From NCBI GenBank assembly GCA_964626575.1, contig CAZVFS010000001.1, forward strand, positions 20,736-82,813: a DNA stretch of 62,078 nt. Reading direction: 5' to 3'. This DNA is from an uncultured Alkaliphilus sp. Its GTDB lineage: Bacteria > Bacillota > Clostridia > Peptostreptococcales > Natronincolaceae. The first letter of the stretch is position 1, and each line of letters opens with the position of its first letter. Positions 57,361-62,078 of the stretch are shown in pieces. A program made the translations under genes and the position numbers. The notes below the pieces were generated by a model that did no database searches, was not told the origin of the DNA, and saw only the letters and a list, made by a program, of their open reading frames with translations.

Positions 57361-59802
57361 TCAATCTTTCATCATGCTTTTGATTTTTTCGTCATATTTA
57401 ATCCATAGTTCTTCCGCGTATTCCTCATTATAACCTTCTGCATATAAATTAAATACAGGCCTTTCTTCGTCAGGAATAATCAAGGCCCATCCTTTGTCAT
57501 CTATAAATCTTACACCTTCTTTGAGCTCAGTGTCCCCCGTTCTATCCTGTGTCAGTCTTCTTATAATGCTCCCTTTATCATCCCATTTGCACGGAATCTC
57601 CCTTTTTAAGTAAAAGTATTTTGGCAATCCTTCTACAATTTCGTTCAATGTGATATCATTTCCTACCAGGTAGTCCACTATCTTCCCTGTGGCCCGAATG
57701 TTATCGAAATTCAGTATATACTGGAAATCAGTCTTTTCTTTCATTATGGTTTGAATAACATGAGATATATCAGATTTGCTATAGATTATGTGCCCTTTAT
57801 ATTCCTCAACTAATTTCCCCATTGCTCTCGGATAATTATACGGAATTATCACATTTTCTATTTCGCCGCCTCTGAGGCCTATCAATAGAACCAACAAATA
57901 ATATTTTTCATCCTGAACAATATTTGTTCCATCGGTTAATGCAATTTTTTCGCCATTTTCATCATATAACAAACCCAGGTCTTCTTGATTTTCCGACACC
58001 ATGTTTTGGATATCTTCTATTTTAAGTCCCTTATCATGTTTGATTGTTTTAACCTGGCAGCCTATACCCTCCAGATATCTTTCCGCCAAATCACAGATAT
58101 TTTTTGATGGGGAAGATATAATCAACCTGGGCCTCTGATTTTTAATTTTATCTATATTCTTTAATTGATTCGTCCCGCTTTTTAGATAAATTGTAGAGAA
58201 GTTATATATATTTACTACATCCTCGATTTCTCCACCAGTACATCTTTTGAAGTTTTCTATGGCCAGACAGTTTTCAATCTTTTTTGCCTTATTTTTGTCT
58301 ATGTTCGCTCCCTCTTTATCAATAAATTCTATGTAAACCATGTCTTCGTCAAAGTTGTCATTTCTTATATGAATACCGCCATCTGCCCTGAAATATCTTA
58401 CCCCAAACCTGCACATAGGCAAGGTGCTATTTTTAATATCTATGGCCCGTGACCCCGTTGAAAGTATGCCTGAAACAATGGAACCCTTTATGGACTTTGA
58501 AAGATTATATTCATCACTGCTTACAAGGTAAGTGCCTTTTTCGTCCATAACGGTAGCAAAGGCAGTACCTAAACCGGTAGCTATCTCCGGGGTTATACTT
58601 TCGTTGAATACACCGGAAATATTTCTACCCCCAAATAGTTTCCTTGACATTCGTTCTTCCCATATTAAATTATTTTTTACCGTTATTTTTTCATCTACTA
58701 TTTTATAGGGCCATATTTTAACATTAGGTTTTACTGTACTATCCTCGAAGATTTTGGAATAGGGGCCTATCACCGCCCCTTCAAATATCCTGCTGCGCCG
58801 GCCTACATATACATTGTTACATATTGTAGATTTTCTAATCTCACAGCCCCCCGATATATTTACATTATCCCAAATAATGCTCCTTTTTATTGAGGTGCCC
58901 CCCTCTATTGTGCAGTTGTTCCCTACGACTGTATAGGAATCTATAACCGCTCCTTCCCTTATTAAAGAATTTTTGCCTATGTAGATTGGGGGATATATTT
59001 TAACTCCTTTTTCGAGGATGGTCCCTTCCCCAAGCCAAATGCCTTTTCCTTGCCCTTTTCCCAATAAATAATGTTTTTTTTCATCGGACAACACGTCGAC
59101 ATGGGTTTCTATGTAGGTGTTTAAATCCCCTACATCACACCAATACTCCTCGGTTATATATCCATACATTGGCACATTGTCCCGGAGGAGCCTTGGGAAC
59201 AAATCCTTACTAAAATCAAAATTCTCCCCCTGTTTGTAATAATCCAATACCTCCGGCTCTAATATATATATGCCTGTGTTGATAGTATCGCTAAAAACCT
59301 CCCCCCAGCTCGGTTTTTCCAGGAATCTTATTATCATCCCATTATCATCTGTAATAACTACACCATATTCCAAAGGCACCGGTTCTCTGCTCAATATTAA
59401 GGTAGCCTTGGACCCCTTTTCTCTATGGAAATTATAAGCCTTCCCAAGATCTATATTTGTAAAGGCGTCCCCGCTTATTACAACAATAGTATTATCAAAA
59501 AACTCATGGGCATTTTTTACACTGCCCCCTGTGCCTAAAGGCCTGTCTTCAATATAGTAATTAATGTTAACATTAAATTTTAAACCATCCTCAAAGTAAT
59601 CCGTTATTATTTTAGGTAAATAACATAATGTGACTGCAATGTCATTGATTCCATATTTTTTTAAAAGATTTATTCCATACTCCATTACAGGCTTATTGAA
59701 AATAGGTACCATTGGCTTAGGCAAATGACAAGTTAACGGTCTAAGTCTGGTACCCACTCCTCCTGACATTATTACACCTTTAATTGAACTCACTCCTTGC
59801 AT
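57361..59802 (-). CDS. sugar-1-phosphate nucleotidyltransferase (NTP_transferase plus left-handed beta-helix) fused to a degenerate phosphogluco/phosphomannomutase-like domain
   Basis: N-terminal GVIMSGGVGTRLRPLTCHLPKPMVPI, hexapeptide-repeat middle region, and a C-terminal PGM/PMM-like fold. The phosphoserine loop position reads GGIHIRNDNF instead of TASHNP, and the metal loop reads YDENGEK instead of DGDGDR. The stop lies 10 nt before the glucan synthase ORF. Confidence 0.8.
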   Translation of the reverse strand: MQGVSSIKGVIMSGGVGTRLRPLTCHLPKPMVPIFNKPVMEYGINLLKKYGINDIAVTLCYLPKIITDYFEDGLKFNVNINYYIEDRPLGTGGSVKNAHEFFDNTIVVISGDAFTNIDLGKAYNFHREKGSKATLILSREPVPLEYGVVITDDNGMIIRFLEKPSWGEVFSDTINTGIYILEPEVLDYYKQGENFDFSKDLFPRLLRDNVPMYGYITEEYWCDVGDLNTYIETHVDVLSDEKKHYLLGKGQGKGIWLGEGTILEKGVKIYPPIYIGKNSLIREGAVIDSYTVVGNNCTIEGGTSIKRSIIWDNVNISGGCEIRKSTICNNVYVGRRSRIFEGAVIGPYSKIFEDSTVKPNVKIWPYKIVDEKITVKNNLIWEERMSRKLFGGRNISGVFNESITPEIATGLGTAFATVMDEKGTYLVSSDEYNLSKSIKGSIVSGILSTGSRAIDIKNSTLPMCRFGVRYFRADGGIHIRNDNFDEDMVYIEFIDKEGANIDKNKAKKIENCLAIENFKRCTGGEIEDVVNIYNFSTIYLKSGTNQLKNIDKIKNQRPRLIISSPSKNICDLAERYLEGIGCQVKTIKHDKGLKIEDIQNMVSENQEDLGLLYDENGEKIALTDGTNIVQDEKYYLLVLLIGLRGGEIENVIIPYNYPRAMGKLVEEYKGHIIYSKSDISHVIQTIMKEKTDFQYILNFDNIRATGKIVDYLVGNDITLNEIVEGLPKYFYLKREIPCKWDDKGSIIRRLTQDRTGDTELKEGVRFIDDKGWALIIPDEERPVFNLYAEGYNEEYAEELWIKYDEKIKSMMKD

Positions 59803-59949
59803 ATAAAATACCTACATAAAGGTATTTTGTGAATTCCCTTGTAAATTATACATAAATAATAATTTCATTCCCTTTAATGCCCTTTTAATGCACCTTTTAC
59901 CAGTATTGTTTGAAATGCATACTAATTTTCGATGTATAATTTTTGATAA

Positions 59950-59996
59950 TAAAAAACCAAAACCCGTATATACAAAATTGCATATACACAGGTTTT
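59950..59996 (-). terminator. rho-independent terminator after the radical SAM gene
   Basis: The minus RNA forms CCUGUGUAU-(12-nt loop)-AUACGGG, 9 bp including two G-U pairs, followed by UUUUGGUUUUUUAUU. Confidence 0.6.
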
Positions 59997-60093
59997 AGTT
60001 TTTAATTTTGACAACTGTCGATTTTTTAATTTTTTAGAACCGATTTGCCGGGTTAGCCAACCTTCTGTTAGGTCTGTCATAAAAGATTATATT

Positions 60094-61029
60094 CTATTTT
60101 AACCTATAGGTACAATAATTTTTATAATTTACTACTTCTATACTATCATCGTTGTTTAACCTTTTGAAAAAATCCTCAATATTAGACTTCTTTCTTTGTT
60201 CTATGAAGGATTTTATTTCAAATTGATTCATAGGATGCCTTTTAATGATGCTCAACACGGCCTCGTAATCGTCCTCGATTTCACTATAAAAACCTTCGGA
60301 GACCAGTTTATCTATAGAAATACCTCCTAATATTGAAACAGCCTCATCTATAACTTCTTTTGATACCTGTTTCACAAATGTTTCGGCCGGAGGACGTACA
60401 GGAGAATTAATATACAACTTATGATAGTTTATAGTATTCAACAGTTCTTTCAAATCTAAAAAAAATTGTCTGTTATCATTTATACCTTCAACAATCATTG
60501 TTTCAATCCACAATTGCCCATTGTATTCATTAGAAAAAATTCTTAACCCTTCGACAACATCATTAAACTTTATACTTCCATGGGGCCTGTTGATTTTTTT
60601 AAACATTTCCTCATTAGTTGCATCCAGAGACGGAAGGACTATGTCGGCATTTTTTAAGTCCTCCCTTACCGCACCGTCATATAACAGGGCTCCGTTAGTA
60701 ATAACCGCTATAGGTTTATCTGTTAACAATTTCAGTTCGCCGATCAAAATTCCCAAATCGGAATATAATAATGGTTCACCTTCACCTACTATTGTAGCTA
60801 CGTCAAATTTGATATTTTTACTTATATACTCCTTAAATTCTCCGATTATGTCTTTATAATCGAAATACCTTTTTCTTTTGTTTGTCATATTTCTCGTTCT
60901 TCCCAATTGACAATATATACAGGAATAATTGCAATGGCCCTCGGCTATAGGACTGATACCAACGGAAAGCCCCATCCTTCTTGAGGGAACAGTTCCATAA
61001 ACATATTTAAAATTTGTCATATATGTCAC
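60094..61029 (-). CDS. radical SAM protein (unassigned subfamily)
   Basis: YGTVPSRRMGLSVGISPI...GHCNYSCIYCQLGRT (CxxxCxxC) plus a C-terminal extension of about 90 aa. Monocistronic by its flanking promoter and terminator. Confidence 0.75.
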   Translation of the reverse strand: MTYMTNFKYVYGTVPSRRMGLSVGISPIAEGHCNYSCIYCQLGRTRNMTNKRKRYFDYKDIIGEFKEYISKNIKFDVATIVGEGEPLLYSDLGILIGELKLLTDKPIAVITNGALLYDGAVREDLKNADIVLPSLDATNEEMFKKINRPHGSIKFNDVVEGLRIFSNEYNGQLWIETMIVEGINDNRQFFLDLKELLNTINYHKLYINSPVRPPAETFVKQVSKEVIDEAVSILGGISIDKLVSEGFYSEIEDDYEAVLSIIKRHPMNQFEIKSFIEQRKKSNIEDFFKRLNNDDSIEVVNYKNYCTYRLK

Positions 61030-61089
61030 CCCTAAAATAAATTAAAAACATGTATCGATACATCGTCAAAATGTATCTCTGTATATATA

Positions 61090-61118
61090 ATTATATAAGT
61101 ACACTTACCTACTGTCAA
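61090..61118 (-). promoter_or_regulatory. perfect consensus sigma-A promoter (TTGACA-17-TATAAT) for the radical SAM gene
   Basis: Minus strand reads TTGACA GTAGGTAAGTGTACTTA TATAAT. -35 at 61113-61118 and -10 at 61090-61095. Confidence 0.6.
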
Positions 61119-61239
61119 TTAGTGTGTAACTATATGTGTGTAACTATTATAATGTTGCTACCATAGAACAATTGGCCATATTAACCAATTTCCATATTTT
61201 TTATTAAATGTTTGGCTGTTCGGTGTCATAAACAAAAAT

Positions 61240-61278
61240 AACAAAAAAATATTAGAAAGGGAAAATTCCCTTTCTAAT
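61240..61278 (-). terminator. rho-independent terminator of lpdA
   Basis: ATTAGAAAGGGA-AAAT-TCCCTTTCTAAT forms 12 perfect bp, followed on the minus strand by ATTTTTTTGTTATTTTTG. Confidence 0.75.
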
Positions 61279-61326
61279 ACCTTTATAATAATCAAAATTT
61301 TAAATTATATCAAAATTTGCACTGCA

Positions 61327-62078
61327 CTATGCTGAGTGTATTGCACCCTTCGGTGTGGTTCCCATTGCAGCTTCAAGAACAGTTTCTGCCGTAGTAGGAT
61401 GTGCATGTATAGTATGTGCTATTTGATCTGCAGTTAACTTGTTCTTAATAGCAAGTGTAATTTCATGTATAAGGTCTGATGCATGAGGGCCAATGATATG
61501 TCCACCCAGTATTACTCCTGTAGATTTGTCGGCAATTACTTTTACTAATCCTCTTCTCTCTCCATATGTGAGAGCCTTGCCGTTAGAAGCAAATAGGAAT
61601 TTGCCTGTGCTTATATCCAGACCTTGTTCTTTTGCTGCTTCTTCGGTAGGACCTACAGCCGCAATTTCCGGAGTTGTAAATATAGCACCAGGTACTACAG
61701 AGTAATCTGCTTCTACATCTTCACCCACTATGTTTGCAACAGCGACTTCCCCTTGATAAGAAGCAACGTGAGCTAATTGATTTATATTTGTTACGTCTCC
61801 GATAGCATATATGTTATCTACGGTTGTTTGAAGCCTGCTGTTAACCTTGATTCCTCTTCTGTCGCTCAATTCAAGACCCAGTTTTTCCAGATCAATGTCA
61901 CTGAAGTTTGGAGATCTTCCTGTTGCCACTAAAACTTTATCTGCAGTTACGGTTTCTGCCTTACCTTTTCTTTGGAAACCTACAACAACTTTGCCGTCAT
62001 CAGTATCAGAAATTTCTTCAACCCTTGCACCTGTAACAAGCTTTATTTTCTTTCTCTTAGATATTCTGGTAATTTCTT
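61327..62078 (-). CDS. lpdA: dihydrolipoyl dehydrogenase (C-terminal part only; 5' end lies beyond the right window edge)
   Basis: The ORF stays open to the window edge; my translation upstream of 61929 reads ...KVLVATGRSPN. C-terminal dimerisation domain with the HAHPTTAE signature. Confidence 0.85.
   Translation of the reverse strand, partial: EITRISKRKKIKLVTGARVEEISDTDDGKVVVGFQRKGKAETVTADKVLVATGRSPNFSDIDLEKLGLELSDRRGIKVNSRLQTTVDNIYAIGDVTNINQLAHVASYQGEVAVANIVGEDVEADYSVVPGAIFTTPEIAAVGPTEEAAKEQGLDISTGKFLFASNGKALTYGERRGLVKVIADKSTGVILGGHIIGPHASDLIHEITLAIKNKLTADQIAHTIHAHPTTAETVLEAAMGTTPKGAIHSA

Noticed and set aside
1-62078. Defence islands, CRISPR arrays, prophage or IS elements, toxin-antitoxin pairs, tRNA or rRNA genes
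   Set aside because: No repeat-spacer periodicity was seen. No ORF has transposase, integrase, nuclease-helicase or Cas-like motifs, and no tRNA-like T-arm sequences were seen in the intergenic regions. The only mobile-element-like feature is the 102-nt inverted repeat reported separately.

Overview
62 kb from a low-GC, flagellated, probably endospore-forming Firmicute (Clostridia-like). Nearly all genes are on the minus strand. Reading right to left in transcription order: (i) the 3' part of lpdA and a stand-alone radical SAM gene. (ii) A two-gene operon with a nucleotidyltransferase/degenerate phosphomutase fusion and a 2683-aa cyclic beta-1,2-glucan synthase-like protein. (iii) A two-gene AmmeMemoRadiSam-type system (LigB-like/AMMECR1 fusion plus radical SAM activase) and a divergent transcarbamylase-like gene behind a perfect ARG-box palindrome. 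(iv) A folE-folP-folB-folK-HD operon. (v) A small strand-switching block of uncharacterised, possibly envelope- or spore-related genes. (vi) A long housekeeping block with classic Bacillus-type synteny: fapR-plsX-fabHKDG-acpP-fabF, rnc, ftsY, ylxM-ffh-rpsP-khpA-rimM-trmD-rplS-rbgA-rnhB-yraN-comM-dprA-topA. (vii) The main flagellar operon from flgB to fliR, which runs off the left edge. I found no rRNA, tRNA, CRISPR array, transposase, integrase or recognisable defence system. The housekeeping block is ordinary. The most unusual content lies at 38.8-42.4 kb and 45.2-59.8 kb: the divergent transcarbamylase with its ARG-box operator, the Memo-less AmmeMemoRadiSam pair, a 102-nt element with a 30-bp stem, an HD hydrolase coupled to the folate operon, and the giant glucan synthase operon. 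None of these is proven novel from sequence alone. All functional calls rest on motif recognition in the supplied translations, gene order, and hand-checked promoter and hairpin sequences.
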